Positions 37,720-52,770 are shown, numbered from the whole stretch's first letter. The stretch is DNA of 63,756 bases, filler included, from Bigelowiella natans CCMP2755 (GCA_000320545.1; 8 parts of 8 records of this genome joined end to end with filler, not necessarily neighbours in it), one strand, 5' to 3'. Notes: generated by a model from the letters alone, not told the origin. Made by a program: numbers and translations.

Positions 37720-39111
37720 ATGGCTGCCGAGCAGCCGCCACGGAAAAAAATAGGGGTGCAAGACTTTGAGTTTAAGGGTCTGTTGGGTGAGGGATCCTAC
37801 GCAAAAGTCTATCTTGCTCAGAAAAAGAGCGACCAGTGTCAGTATGCGGCAAAAATGGTCAATATAAGAAAGATCCAACGGCTTGGTGAGATGAATTACT
37901 ATTGACCTGAGCTTTCTTGACTGAACTCACAATTTTTCTGTCTCGGCGTGGATATTTAGGAAAATCCCAGACAGTCATGCGAGAACGCAAATGTTTGGCG
38001 ATGTACGTATATCTATCTTGAATGTGCAGCTGACACGTATTGCTCACACCATCAGCCCAATGCATGACATTTCCCCTAATAATGTAGATGCGACCATCCG
38101 AACATCGTCAAGCTCCACTTCAGCTTCAGGGATACGGTGGGAAGGGAGGAAAGCGACAAGAAGGAAGAGGAGGATAGGGAGATGTGAAAATTAGAACAGT
38201 TGATGAGGAAGGCGGGGTTATTGAATAAAACATGACCACCACCACCACCTCCTCCACCTCCACCTCCACCTCCACCTCCACCATCCACCCGTTAGGCTCA
38301 CTTGTATTTCGTGTTGGAGCTTATCTCGGGAGGCGAGCTATTCGAGCTGATAGTGCGGTTAGGGAAGCTTCCCTTCCCTGTTGCACAATTTTTCACGGCA
38401 GAGATCCTGGACGCTGTCGGGTTCGTGGAGTGCCATGCAGCATTTCTATTTCTTCTAGTCCTACTTTGAACGCTGTATCGAATATAGAACGTTTATCTAC
38501 TCTGTTACAATCATTCTTCCATAAATACTTCCATGATAGTTATTTATCATCTTACCCACGTCATCTATCAAATGTTTCTCTCTCACGACACCGCAGATAC
38601 TTGCACAGCAAGGGCATCCTCCACAGGGACCTTAAACCTGAGAACCTGCTGGTAAGCATTGCATCAGCCGTAGTAGCGGTAGTAATAAGTAAAGAACATG
38701 CGCGTATTGATTGTAATTAGCCGTAGCGGTAGTAGTAACAACAGCAGCAGCGTAAACAAACATTATCATCCACATTACCATCTGCATCATCATCATGATC
38801 ATCATCATTATCACCATAATCTTTATCGTTAAACCGGTGTCAGGTCACACAGAATCGCCATTTAAAGCTTACGGACTTCGGCACAGCAGGCTTCTTCGAA
38901 CCAATAGTGTCCACACATCTTAATTCCCCCGGGAATCTCTCCCCTGGTTGCACACTATTCCTCTACCGTTGGCTTTATGACGCATGCACACACATGCACA
39001 CACACGCGCACATGCAAACACGTGCGTGCAGTACATCATATTATTGATCGAGACCCCACGTATGATGTTGCAATATGCACATGCAAATTTATATGTCGGA
39101 CTAAAACACAA

Positions 39112-39163
<52 letters not shown>

Positions 39164-42100
39164 TATTTTATAGTATACATTATTCGAGGATCCGTAACCT
39201 AAGATAACCTAAAGCATGATCGTCGTTGTAACTTTCCATTGTGGAATAGATGGTTCCACCGCTGGACGAGGGGTGGGGGGACGAGGGGTTGTTCCTCCAT
39301 CAACTGATAGGAAATCCTGTGTCGGTAATGATAATAATAATCCGAGAAGAGTGATTCTTGCATGTGCGCGGCGTAAATGCGCGCGCGCGCGCGTATGTGT
39401 GTGCTATTTGGGCATGTGTACCGGCTTCATTTGGGCCTCATTCCTTCTGCTGCTTATTACCATATTATCCCCTCTTCATCATAATCCAACAGCTTTCCAT
39501 TCTCTTTGTCTTTTCGAGCTGCTCTTTCCGTTTGAATCCCTCTCTGCTGCTGCTGCTGCTGCTGCTGCAATTCTCACTCACTTTCTCGCCCTGTTCTCCA
39601 TGGACAATGTACAGGGACAGCTGAGTACGTAGCTCCCGAAATTCTGGACGGGAAGGCACAAACGGGTAGTAGGGGGGGGGGATGGAGGACGTTTGGTATA
39701 TGTATCTGGCCAATGAAGCAGCACAGTCAGCTCTCCAAACATATGATAAACGAGTGGTGAATCCTATAGGCTATAGCGGCGGGTGATGTGGAAATACCTC
39801 TGCCCTTTCTCCTCTCTGTACCTTTAATGATATTTGTCGTTAGCTGCCTGCGATATCTGGTCGATTGGGTGTATTATCTACCACATGCTTGTCGGAAAGC
39901 CGCCATTCAAAGGTAGTAGTCAGGCACTGCGTTGGGCTTCACCATCATCTCGTTGATAAGGTCGATAAGGTCGGCCCTTATCAACGATGCTGTAGCTACG
40001 AGGAACATCACCGCTACCAACTACTGCTACTCCTACCACTACCACTAACTCCTCATCCAGTGCTAACCCAATTCCCATCTGCCATCGTTGTCATCATGGT
40101 CGCTATTTTGCTTGTTTTTAAGAAGTTCCACAATGTCTCGGCCCCCCCCCCCCCCCCCCCTTCTCTCGTTCTCTCTGTGTGTATGTGTATTTTATATAGG
40201 AAAGAGTGACTGGTTGACGTTCAAAGAAGTGAAAGCAGCCAACCCAACGTACAAGATCATAGAGGATCATGACGGAGGAGAAAGAAAACACACACACACA
40301 CACACACATCTCCTCAGTAATTCTGTCTTTTGCGGCGCGACCTCTCTCTCTCGCTCCTAACTTTCATTAATGTTGTCATTTTTGCACCTTTTTATCGTGA
40401 CCCCCCCCCTCTCCCCAGCTTCCCAGAGGATATGCCTCAGTGCGCTAGAGATCTGTTGTCGCGGATCTTCGTCACTGATCCGAGCAAGCGAATCGGCTCG
40501 AAGGTCCTGTACTTTTTAGAGACAGAGATGTAGCGTTATCTCGTCCACGCCGCATAATACGGCACAAATCATCGTCTTTTAGTGCGCATATATACCACAC
40601 AAGTACGAATTCTCCTGTCGGTTTGGGTGATCGATGTCTATCACGATGATGACGGCGCTGATTGCTGACTTTTTCCTCCATTAAGAGTCTTGATGAAATC
40701 AAACGCCATAGCTTCTTCAAAGGTAGTTCTGGCACGAATCATCATGTTGCGTGTGTGCATCATCCTCGATTGCATGCTGTAGTGCTGTCATCCCTTCTAT
40801 AACTGCTGTTACTGCTGCTACTACGACTAGCTTTCGATTGGGACAAACTAAGGGAAATGGAGCCCCCCACGTGGTAGCGGAGAAGTGAAATAACCCATTC
40901 GTACACGTACACGCACATGCACACGCACAGCACATGCACACACATACGCGCACACTCGACACATAGGATGCGGAAACGTTCTGTATCAGCCATCAATAAC
41001 CCACCCTCCCCATCATCGGTACTACTGACTTTACAATGTGTGTGCGTATGTGCGTGTGTGCGTGTGAAAATAACGATGAGGGCGAAAAACGATAACAATA
41101 GATAATAACGACGACAAATACATGTACATAGCAAACTTTAGCCACAAGAGCGGAACGTCAAAACCTGACCACCTTATGCACATTCCCAAGCTTATCAAAC
41201 ATAGCGTTGACTTCCCCCTTCATCAATTTCCTCCTCTCTCCCCTCCTCCTCCTCCTCCTCCTCCTCCTCCTCCTCCTCCTCCTCCTCCTCCTCTTCCTAC
41301 TGCCTTGCTATACCTCTCCTGGGGGCGGTGGTCGTTGTCGTCGTGGACAAAGACGCTCAAGTACGACGATTTCTCGGACGATGGAAGCTCAGACGAATTG
41401 GAGTCAGTCCCCGTTACAGAGGGGTTTCTTGGCGACAATGACGATGGCAGCACAAAGACGACAACCACAACCACGCGCGTCTCGAGCTACGCCGACGAAA
41501 ACGGGGTTGAGATGACCGCAATCACTACCACGACGAGACGGCATCATAGCGATAATAGAGCCCAGACGAGGAAGAAGAAGCTGTTATGGCAAGAAAATAA
41601 AAGTAGTTTATTAACAAGTGAAGTGAACAGTCGGGGGGGAGGAAGGGGGGAGAGTGCAAGCTACTTTCTGAATGCCATCATCACCATCATCGTCAATCCC
41701 ATCACCCCATCCTCATATCTCTGCTCTCTTTATTTCCCTCTCTCGTTCTCTTTACCGCAACCATGGCCACACGCCCCTCATTATCGGCATTAACATTAAA
41801 TACAGAGCACCACAGTGCTGATGCAGTTGGCAGCACCGGCACCAGCAGCAGCAGCACTAGCCCCGGCCACAGTCTCACCCCTGGCCCTGCCTCCTCCTCC
41901 TCATCATCACCATCAACGACGACGACGACGACGACGACGATGGCAACGAAGACAATCGGTATTCAGAGCACTTACAACCAGTTCAGGTCCATCGGGCTGC
42001 CAAGCACATACACTTACGTCTCGACCATCGGAAACTCGAGCACGTACAAGCTCGATATAAGCAAGAACAATCATGCAAAAAAGGGGGGCGGGGGAGCGCG

Positions 42101-43463
42101 ATCGGCGGCGACGATGATACCGACTGCGAGGGAGGGGGGGGGGGGACAGGAACAGGGCGAGGCAGGTGCTAATGCTGCGTGCTGCTGGTGGAGCGCGATA
42201 TTAATGGGGGATGATGATGGTGATGATGATGATGATGGTGGTGGTGATGACGATGATTACATGGCGACAAATGACAAAGATGAGCGCGACAACGATAAAT
42301 GAAAGGTTGATCGTAAGTTGATAATGGTTGCAGCGACAATGATGACTGATGTTTTTTTTTTTTTTTAAATCACGAGTCTTCTCCTCCTCTTACCAGAACT
42401 AGGAAACAGCACGGTCACCCCCCCAGTCTCACCGGGAATAAATCGCAGCAGTGGCTTCGAGGGACGGGGTCAGCAGCGACGAAACACGCTACCAACGTCA
42501 AGTAGATCATTTCGCCAAAATGGTGGCGGCAGCAGCAATAGCGTCCTTCCATTCATCAAGCTGAAGAGCGTCAAGGAGGTCATGATAGTTGTAGTTGTAG
42601 TAGTAGTAGTGGTAGCAGCAATAGTAGTAGCAGCTGTAGCAGCCTCGATTTTGTAGAAGCAAGCATATTCCCACTAGATATTGCTAGTTTGTGCTTCTTC
42701 TTCTTCTTCTTCTTCTTCTTCTTCTTCTTCGTCTTCCTAACCAGCCCGCTAACGCTACACCCTCTCCTCCTCCTCCTCCTTGTCCTCCTCCCTGTCCTTG
42801 TCCTAACTGCAAGATGAAGATAGGCACTCAAAACCTACTGAAGTACCTCAAGACCGACGAGAAGATAGTGTTTGCAGGATTGATCGTAAAGCACAGCTTC
42901 AGTGGCGTGAGTCTCATCCCCAGAAAGCGCGAGCTCATCCTGACCAGCTTCCCCCGCATTCTTTACATCGACCCGAAGAAGGAGGTCATCAAAGGTCGTA
43001 CCTGCTGTCATTCGTTGTCGTCGGCAGCAGCGTCGTTACTAAATGAAACAAACCAAGCAAATGAAGCTGTGACTACCTGCCAGGAGAGATCCCGTGGTCG
43101 CCCAAGATACACGCGGAGGCTAACTCGCGTAAGATGTTTACCATCACTTCCAAAGGTGCGGGTTCGTAGCAGCAGCAGCAGCAGTAGCAGCAGCAGGAGG
43201 AGGAGTGGGATGTGCGCGCGCGCGCGCGCGGGCGTGTATGTATGAAGAAGAAAAGCAACTTTGCTTGAAGGGAAAGGATTCAGGGTTAATCTACTAACAC
43301 TACTGGTGCTGCTGCTTATTGCGACTGAAAAATCCAATCTTTGAAACTTGAAGGCCGAAAATACACGCTGACGTGTTTATCACATGAGACGAAGTCTTGG
43401 GTCGAGATAATTACATGGTGACCGACTGTACTCTCCCCCTCTCACCCTTTCTCTCTACCCCCC

Positions 43464-43530
<67 letters not shown>

Positions 43531-43599
43531 TATATGAATATCCCTTCTTTTGATTCACCTAGGTCGTGTGTGTCCGACTTCCAGCTTCTGACGTATGTT

Positions 43600-43638
<39 letters not shown>

Positions 43639-43901
43639 TTCCTGCATGTACGACACCACAGCATGAAGAACGAGCTAAATGAGCACGTGATTCACATACT
43701 CCCCCAGGGGGGGAAGAAGAAGAACAACAAGAAGAAAGGCATTACTGCAGAGGGAGGAGCTAGAGAGGGGATATCGTCGTCGCCATCATCGATGGCGACG
43801 ACGACGACAGCACACTCGCGCTCGAGCCCTACTATGCTTGTTCAGGAGGGTAATCTTCTCATTTGTTATAGCTTGTGTGTTGGGGTGTGTGTGTGTGTGA
43901 G

Positions 43902-43940
<39 letters not shown>

Positions 43941-44168
43941 TGAGTGGCGCGTAGTCTATCTTGCTCTAAATCATTGATATCTTTAAATGAAGAAAAGGCT
44001 AGCTGAACGTTTTTCGCGACCTTGAATTTCCCCCCCTTTATCTTTGCATCATCTCATGACATGTGGATCTCGATGAGCGATTTCATCCTTCTGAACATGT
44101 GACATCACGCCTTATCTCATCTGCGTCTTTCCTTACGCGATCATGCCGTAGGTTTTGGAGCAGAGTAG
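37720..44168 (+). CDS. PDK1: 3-phosphoinositide-dependent protein kinase 1 (AGC kinase plus C-terminal PH domain), multi-exon
   Basis: DFEFKGLLGEGSYAKV..YAAKMV, HPNIVKLHFSFRD, LHRDLKPENLL, LTDFGTA, SCVGTAEYVAPE, DIWSIGCIIYHMLVGKPPFK; PH-like RKRELILTSFPRILYIDPKKEVIKG|EIPWS. Confidence 0.9.
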
Positions 44169-44488
44169 GTCATTAAATGCCCTGCTGGGATCGTACAGCC
44201 TGTCGCAGATACCGTATATCGTATGTCGAAATGTGCACACGCTCCAATGTGTTTTATAACCGTGTTGTTGGCGCTTGTGAATCATCTTATGAATAGCGCA
44301 TAATAGGCCCAGCCCTCATCGTACTTGCATCCATTACATTGTACATGCATGGCCGGCATGCTCGAGCGTTCCGTCACGCTACTTCGCACAGCAGTCTTGA
44401 AAACATTTGATACATGTCACAATAATATGAACTTAATTAGCTTGTTAATTTTGGCTATATGCGGCGGCTACACATATTTGCGATATAC

Positions 44489-44545
<57 letters not shown>

Positions 44546-44738
44546 TATAATATATTGCTCACATAATAATAATTGAATATATTGGCTGTATGTTATGTCA
44601 TCCATGCGCGACGACAAACATGCACCTCATATGCGGCATTTGCTAGTTAGCCTGCTACCTATTTAAGTGTAAATAATTCCATTGTTTGTCGACGTACAAG
44701 CATTTACATGATCCAAGTCAATGATTGGAAGCTTTGAA

Positions 44739-44995
44739 TTATGTTTCATAGATCGAGAGCTCTCTGATCATCGTTTGTCCCAAATTTAATTTCCTCATTC
44801 TCATCATTTGGGCATCCCCCTTCTTTGCTTCCCTGGCGGAAACATCATCGTCCTCCTTATCAGCAGTCGCCGGTCGAAATCCTCGCTCATGTTGTATAAT
44901 CAGGCTGGTGATGTTGCGGCTTTCCTCCAGCGCCGCAATCAGCATCTGAGTTGTTTGACACGAGAGAGACATTGAAAAGCAAATCACCGCAAATC

Positions 44996-45037
<42 letters not shown>

Positions 45038-46781
45038 ACGTGTGGGGAACACTGGATATAGGTCGATGCGACGATTGTGGCTAACCTCTTGCTCTCTGTC
45101 GAGCCCGGTCCGCAAAACGCGCGAGCCAGATCTCCAGTTCTATCAGCACAAAGCAAAACACACGCACGCACGCAAACGCGCACCCATGCACGCGCGCGAG
45201 AAAAGGGGAGAATGGCACAGAAAAGATTAGCATCTACATCTCTGATGATTCAACACAGCGAGCGATATATCCGAATCCGAGAAAGGAACAGGAGAGACCT
45301 CTCTGATGGTATGCTACGATCGCACTGTGTTAAGAGAGGAAGATGGTGGTATGGCTGATTATGGACCTTGATAGCTTCGCTCTTCTTTCTACGCTCTTCT
45401 CGCCGTTGTTCCCGCCTCATTTCTGCGCTACGCTTCATCCTGCATGTAAAAGTCATGCTGGTCAGCCGGATTTGAGGAGGAGGACGAAGAAGAAGAAGAA
45501 GAGGAAGAAGAAGGCGGTGACAATGGCAATGGTATTGGTGGGGATGGTGCTGGTGGAAGAGGAGGAGATTGGTAATATCCATACATACACACTCAAAGAA
45601 ACAAACCTCTTTAACATCGTTGCGTTGCCCTGAGACGATGTGGATGAAGAAGAAGAAGAAGAAGAAGATGATGATGATATTGGCGGTGGCGCTGGAAGGT
45701 GGTAGAGAGTTTTTCCCGCGCCTATAATATGAACGTAGTCAGCAAAAAATAACCGAGGTCTCAAACTGTTGTTTGCGAGATTGGGTTCATCAACTACCAC
45801 CAGATTGAATAATATAGTAATATTTTCATGAAAGCTCCCACAATGCAGCTCCCACAATGCTGATAGGCTCCGCGACACGACGCATTGCAGTGTTGCGGGA
45901 CAAATCCCATTGGTACTTTCGCCATGGGTTGGGAGGCACCTTGTTTCTGAGGAATGGAGTCCTCTATTCGCATCAGCTGCATCGTTATTCTGGGGCCTAT
46001 TTCCCACACCTTTTATTGTTTTTGGGTGAATGAATCGAGTAGTATGAGGCCATGCGGACGGCGAGGTTAAGTTTCTCACGGGCTGCGCTCACGCTATTGA
46101 TGTCGATCGGCACAATTCCAACATAAATGCCCTGAGGACTGGGGTACGATTGTCGTTCGCTCTTGTTGCTACTGTTAGTATTTTTAAACTAATCATATCC
46201 ATCCATCCGCACCCACCTGGATCTTTTTGTTTCCGAGCTTCGTGCACCCACTGAAACTGTAAATTAAAAACTCACTCCTCATCCTCCGGTGGCCAACCAG
46301 ACTCTTACAAGCTATGCATCATGCTGATGGAGTCGCCATCAAATAAATAGAGCCCCCGTCCCTTCCCACCCCTTCGCCTATCACTAGGCTGTCTACCCTG
46401 ACGGTCACAGATCACAGATCACAGATCACTACCTTTTCTCATCGAGAAAGAATTTTTCATCGACGACTACTGTTTCGTTACCGCTCTGTAGCCCCCCCCC
46501 CTCTTCCAAGCTGTATACCTTCGCCAGATAGTGCCTGGGTGAAGGGAAGGAAGGGGTGTATTAGAGGAGGAGAGGGAAGGGAAAAGAGCTCGATGATGAC
46601 GGTCACTATAGTCGATATAACATGCAACGATGATACATTTAGTGTACATCACAGCTCACAGTGAGTGTGGTGCGGCAGGTTGCTCTTGGCAGGGTGAATG
46701 GTGACCAACCTAATCTGAAAGGCGTCCGAAGACTCGTTGTAATGCATCGTCACCAGTCGCTTCATTTGTCGTGTAGTTAGC
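44739..46781 (-). CDS. Hypothetical multi-exon protein, 3' part (5' lost at gap)
   Basis: In-phase exons LTTRQMKRLVTMHYNESSDAFQI|RHYLAKVYSLEEGGGLQS|GRGLYLFDGDSISMMHS|FFSGCTKLGNKKIQ|GIYVGIVPIDINSVSAA ... terminal MLIAALEESRNITSLIIQHE..IYET*. Confidence 0.5.
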
Positions 46782-46913
46782 TGAGGAAGAGGAGGAGGAG
46801 AAGAAGGCAACAGACAGAAGGAGTGAAATAGCAGGAAACGTTTAGAACTCACAGCGCGTACTCTGTACAAGCTTCGCAGTTATAACCACTCAATCGCAAC
46901 CACTGCCCCCCCC

Positions 46914-47013
46914 NNNNNNNNNNNNNNNNNNNNNNNNNNNNNNNNNNNNNNNNNNNNTTAATTAATTAANNNNNNNNNNNNNNNNNNNNNNNNNNNNNNN
47001 NNNNNNNNNNNNN
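46914..47013. other. Artificial contig linker
   Basis: N44-TTAATTAATTAA-N44. Confidence 0.97.
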
Positions 47014-47014
47014 G

Positions 47015-47602
47015 TCAGAATGGCGGGAAAGTCACCGGCGTACGTGTTGATCTTGGCGGTGGAGAGGAGGTGGGGTGAAGTCTGTGACACTGAGGATGAT
47101 GATGAAGATGTTGCGTTACTACGAATACTACGAATACTACTACTCCTCCTCCTCCTCCTCCTACTCCTACTATGTGCATCATTGGTCCTACCCCCTCTCC
47201 CTGGAATGAATAGGCGGATATCCGTACCCCTGTAGTCGTCAACTGTGCTGGTAGGAGAGAAACAACGATATGAAGACGATGATGATAATGATGATAATGA
47301 TGGGAACATCACAGAGTAGATTGCGATGATTACAATTAGTGATGGCATTCATTGATGCATGAGTGGCTGTCAGCTTGATTGAGAGCCATTAGTCTCGAGA
47401 GCTCCTTGTATATCTACATTGATGCCTATCATTGTTAATTTTATAACCACCGTAGCCCTGTTTCTGCCTATCGTATCTTTCTCCTCCTCCTCCTTCTTCT
47501 CCCCCCTCTCCATTGTATTTATTTTTGTTACGTTTGCTCTCCGACAGGTATGTGGGCCAGACAGCTGGGGGAGGTAGGCCTCTTCTTCACCATTTGTTGT
47601 CG

Positions 47603-47635
<33 letters not shown>

Positions 47636-48026
47636 GTTGTTCCCATGGTGGCATCACATGTCTTCTTCTCCCCCCCTTTCCCAAATCCTTACTTATCCTT
47701 TCCCCCCTCTTGCCATTGCGCCATATCTAAGATGTCTGGCGTTGGCATTCCGAACCAGGTGTCTAATCTAATAGGGGGGGTAGAGCAGGCGGGAGGGAGG
47801 CAATGGGTTGCAAGATCGTATTTGCCAAAATTTTGGTCATATCATCAATATCAACAATGATAAATGTAAAAAGAATTGAGAATAAGGGAAATGACTCTTC
47901 CTCAATAGGACCTCTTCCCTTCCTTCCAGCCTTATTATACATGCATGCACCTAACGCTTTGCTTGTACTCAGGCGGCGGAACACTACTATCTCGTCACAG
48001 ACGAAATGCAGGTTAACACACACGAC

Positions 48027-48063
<37 letters not shown>

Positions 48064-48266
48064 CTACCGTCCATTGTTGATATAGCTGCAGCTGCCATCC
48101 CTCATGCGTGCGAAATCATCATCGTGTGCATGCTGCAGACTCTCACCAACAGCACATTGTTGTTATTGTTGTTGTTGGCATTATTCCTCTTATCATTAGG
48201 ATGTCGATCCTGATTGGCCTGTAATCGAAGACCCTTCTTCGTACACGTACATAAGGTATTTGCTGT

Positions 48267-48315
<49 letters not shown>

Positions 48316-48396
48316 ACAAAGGAGGAGAAATCCAATGAGAAGGGAGGCGGGGTTGAAAATCAAGGATTCTGCTGTGTGTGCGTGTGTGGGGCATGT

Positions 48397-48461
<65 letters not shown>

Positions 48462-48596
48462 TGTGTGTGTGCGCGCGCGCTTTTCCTTCTATAACCGTCG
48501 TCAAAAGTGGATGAATGTCCTGAATCAACCAGGCCGGAAGGGGGAGGGTTACTTGTAGGCTTATTCGAACCTGAGGCTGCAGCGTGGTGATGACAA

Positions 48597-48648
<52 letters not shown>

Positions 48649-49084
48649 GCATATATTTATATATAACTTTCACGCTTAGAAACCGCATACACGCACGCAC
48701 GCAACTGAAACACATATATGAAGACGCTGATGCATATTCATATTTCTCATCATTGTATATACTCTCCCTCTCCTCCTCCTCCTCTTCCTCCTCCTCCTCC
48801 CCCTCCTCCCTTCTTATCACTCTCATCGGTCATCATCGTAAAACCTGCCCCACCCCTCCCCTGTGCAAGTAAATACGTAAGCTATCATCATCAGGTGCGT
48901 AGATAACATCCCGCCGGACAGCAGCTTCACAGAGATCTCTCCCGACTGGGAGCGAATGTCGCCATTTCTCGAAACTGTACGTATTTGCTGCATGCCTTTG
49001 TGCGCGGCAGCTAAGTGCACGTGCTGCATGTTATGCACCTGCATCAACCCACGCGCGACAATCATATTGAATATGCATATTTAA

Positions 49085-49118
<34 letters not shown>

Positions 49119-49813
49119 TGTGCATGTACATATTACATATAGTTGAGTATTGTGATTCGATATCACCCTCTCCTCCTCCTCCCCCCACCGCCATCACCAT
49201 CAGCACAATATTCCAACCTTCTTTGCCATTTCTCACCGTAACAACCATAAACTGCAGGCGATGAGTCGAGTACCTCGGACTCTTGAGGTGGGGGCAAAGA
49301 ACTTCTTCTGTGGGCCTGAGAGCTTCACTCCAGATCTAGCCCCCATTGTTGGGGAGGTAGGTCGATCGAATAATAATGATGACAACAACAAAAACAACAA
49401 CAACAACAATAACAGCAAGATGGTGAAGATAAATTGTAGTAGTGACTGTCGGTGGGATGCAACGATGACACATCATCACCATCACCATCATCATCATCAT
49501 CATCATCCATCTCTTTGTCGATTGACAGGCTCCGGAACTCGAAGGCTACTTCGTTGGGGCAGGTGTGTAAGTGTGTGTATGTGTGTGTGCGTAATTGAGA
49601 GTGATAAATGATGTTCGGATAATAATCGCTCCTCTCTTCTTTGCTCTGGTTTTCTCTCGAATCGCCAGGCCTCAATTCCATCGGCATTCTGACTGGAGGA
49701 GGTGCCGCAGTGTCGTCGTCGTCGTCGTTGTCATGATCATTTACTACTCTCATCGTAACATCACCAACAACAGCAACAATAGCCACTTGTGACGAACCTC
49801 GTATTCTTCTGCG

Positions 49814-49847
<34 letters not shown>

Positions 49848-50753
49848 ATCTCTTACCACTGCTGCAGGCATTGGTAGGCTTCTTGCTCACTGGGTCAAAA
49901 CAGGCATTCCAGATATGGATGTAACCGGTGAGAACAGCAACAACAACAATAACACCACAAAACGAAATATCACGCACTCACATGCATGCAAGCGCACCTT
50001 GAAAGCAGCAGCAGCAAATACCACCATCGATGACAAATCCTCCCTCTTCTCCCAAATATGTATGCAAAAATTGTATCCCCACAAAATTAGGCATGAACAT
50101 TGACCGGTTGCACCGATATCAGTCAAATCCTCTTTATCGAGCACATAGGTATGGAGAAAGGAGTCATGCATACACTTCACCAGATTGCTACTCATATTGT
50201 GTTTGCCGTTGTTTCGTTGTGTTTGTCGCTGCCTTACTACTACTACACTGTATCTCTACAACTACTTTTGAAATTACTATATCATATGTAGGGTGGTGGA
50301 ATCCCTAGGCATGGTCTACAAGTGCCATTACCCATTCAGTACCACCAGCAAGCACAATAACAACAACAACAACAACAACCACAACGATAGCACCGCTCTG
50401 TTCCCACTCCATCATCATCGTCGTCACCACCTCGATGTGCATGTTTTCGTTGATGATTTTCCTCGTATTGTTCGCCCGACCCACATGCACAAAAGGTGCT
50501 CACCCCCTCCCCCTCCCCCTCCTCTACAGAGCCGTTGGAGACCGCTCGGAATGTGAAAAGGTCCCCTCTCCACACGCGTCTGGAGGTAAGGACAACAACG
50601 CTACTTGTTGTCTTCGCTTACTGCTACCTGTTGTATGCGGATTTCTAACATCCCTTGCCACTTGCCTCTTGTAGCTTGACTACAAAGATGGCGTGTGAGA
50701 ATATACACTACTGAATGCTTTTGCACCCGGCACGTTTCCGCGCCGTTGTACAC

Positions 50754-50793
<40 letters not shown>

Positions 50794-51088
50794 ACATTTA
50801 TATATGTATATATTTTCCGAGCATGAGCTGAACTCTCTCCTCTTCCTCTTCCTCCTAGCCCTGATCCTCCTATCCCTTATCCTCCTCCCTGTCGTTTGCT
50901 TTGTCTTGTTCTGTAGGCTCAGGGTGCTTACTTCAAAGATGTCAGTGGATGGGAGTCACCAGACTGGTAATAATATCGTAGGAGAATCAGCAGCTCGTAA
51001 CAAATAATATCCCCCCCCCCCCAATCCAAACTCTGTATTGACCAGCATCACTAAGGGGGGAGACAACTGCTTGTGTGGTGTGATGAGA

Positions 51089-51124
<36 letters not shown>

Positions 51125-51867
51125 TGTCTATTTGGCTACTGCCTCTACATGTTGTGATATAAAGGTACGCAGGGGAGGGCAAGACTCCGGAGCCAGGCCC
51201 CCTTTCCTTTGGAAAACATGTAAGTATGTTTTGACCAGTCAACAACCGCCGAATCAATAGCTGAACCAACATAATCGTCACTCGCCACGCAAAGGCAAGG
51301 AGGGGGAGGGGAGAAGAAATAAAAAAATGGGGGATTTCCACTTTTCCTAGATACGACAATTCGTACGAATACATGCACACACACACGCGCGCGCATGCAC
51401 ATACATTTGTTCTATCGTTAGCAGCAGCAGCAAAGTAGTGGTAGTTAGTACTAGTAGCAGCAGCAGTGCATGATGAGGACACGTCGTTACTGGTTCATGC
51501 TGCCTTCTACTAGGATTGGTTCCCGCAATGGAAAGCGGAGCACGATGCTGTGAGGCAGGGTACTACGACTCGCCATGTCAGGGCTGCAGCATTTCTTAGC
51601 ACTGTTGCTCTCGCAATCACCCCCCATCACTGCGATGTATTAGTACTCATTTCTTGCCTGTTCGTTACTGATTATCGTTGTCGTTGCTGATAATCACCGG
51701 CGCTTGTTGTCGCCACGACCGTCTACAACGCAGGTGTAGGTCTTATCGACATGTCATTCATGTCGAAGGTATGTTGTTGTTGTTGTCGCTCTCAGATAGC
51801 TAATAGAGAAGGATGGATGCATGGGAGGATTCATGCGTTTTTGCTTCTCAGTCTGTGTTTTTGGTGG

Positions 51868-51915
<48 letters not shown>

Positions 51916-52478
51916 TGTGCGTGTGCGTGTGTGTGTGTGTGTGTGTACGCACTACCACAGAAATTATCATTATCATTATCATTATTGTCATCTTCACCGT
52001 CATCCTCGTCGTATTCATCATTACCATACCCCGCCCATGCCATCTTAGTTTATGGTCGAGGGGCGAGACGCCGGCGCAGTTCTGAACGCACTTTCAACGG
52101 CCAATGTCGACCCAGAATCGGTTGTGAAGAGGAGGCCATAGTAGCAGCAATTGTGTCGTATATTCCACGAGAAGCGTAGGTATATAATACACGCCCCCCT
52201 GTGTGTGTGTGTGTGTGTGTGTGTTTGTGTGTGTGTTTGTGTGTGTGTGTGTGCGTGCGCGCGCGCGCGCAGGATATGATCACGTACACGCAATGGCTCA
52301 ACGAAACAGGGAAGATGGAGGCCGATTTAACGGTAGGCGCACTAGTTGATTGTGATTGTTATCACCCCTTCCCAACCCCCCCCGCAGCTACATATTTTTC
52401 ATCACCTTATTCACGTAAAACGATGATGTTAGTGTTGTGATGGCCAGTATATTTGTGCTCAATTTGAACTCAAGAGGG

Positions 52479-52560
<82 letters not shown>

Positions 52561-52739
52561 GGGGCATCATATTGGCACAGGTGGCTAAACTGGGGGAGGA
52601 TAAATTCTTCGTGGTTGCAACGGTAGGACAACTGCTGTGATGACACATTCTTGCCTCGAATAAAAAATGAAATTTAATCGTGAAGACTGATGGAAAAAGA
52701 TAAACATATACGATAGACGACTCCATTGAGCCTTTTTGC

Positions 52740-52770
<31 letters not shown>

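Noticed and set aside
46405-46430. (CAGATCA)x3 short tandem repeat
   Set aside because: Ordinary intronic slippage repeat among many
47240-50580. Possible minus-strand gene suggested by track ORFs
   Set aside because: Plus-strand exons give a continuous, conserved GcvT-family protein; the minus ORFs are shadows
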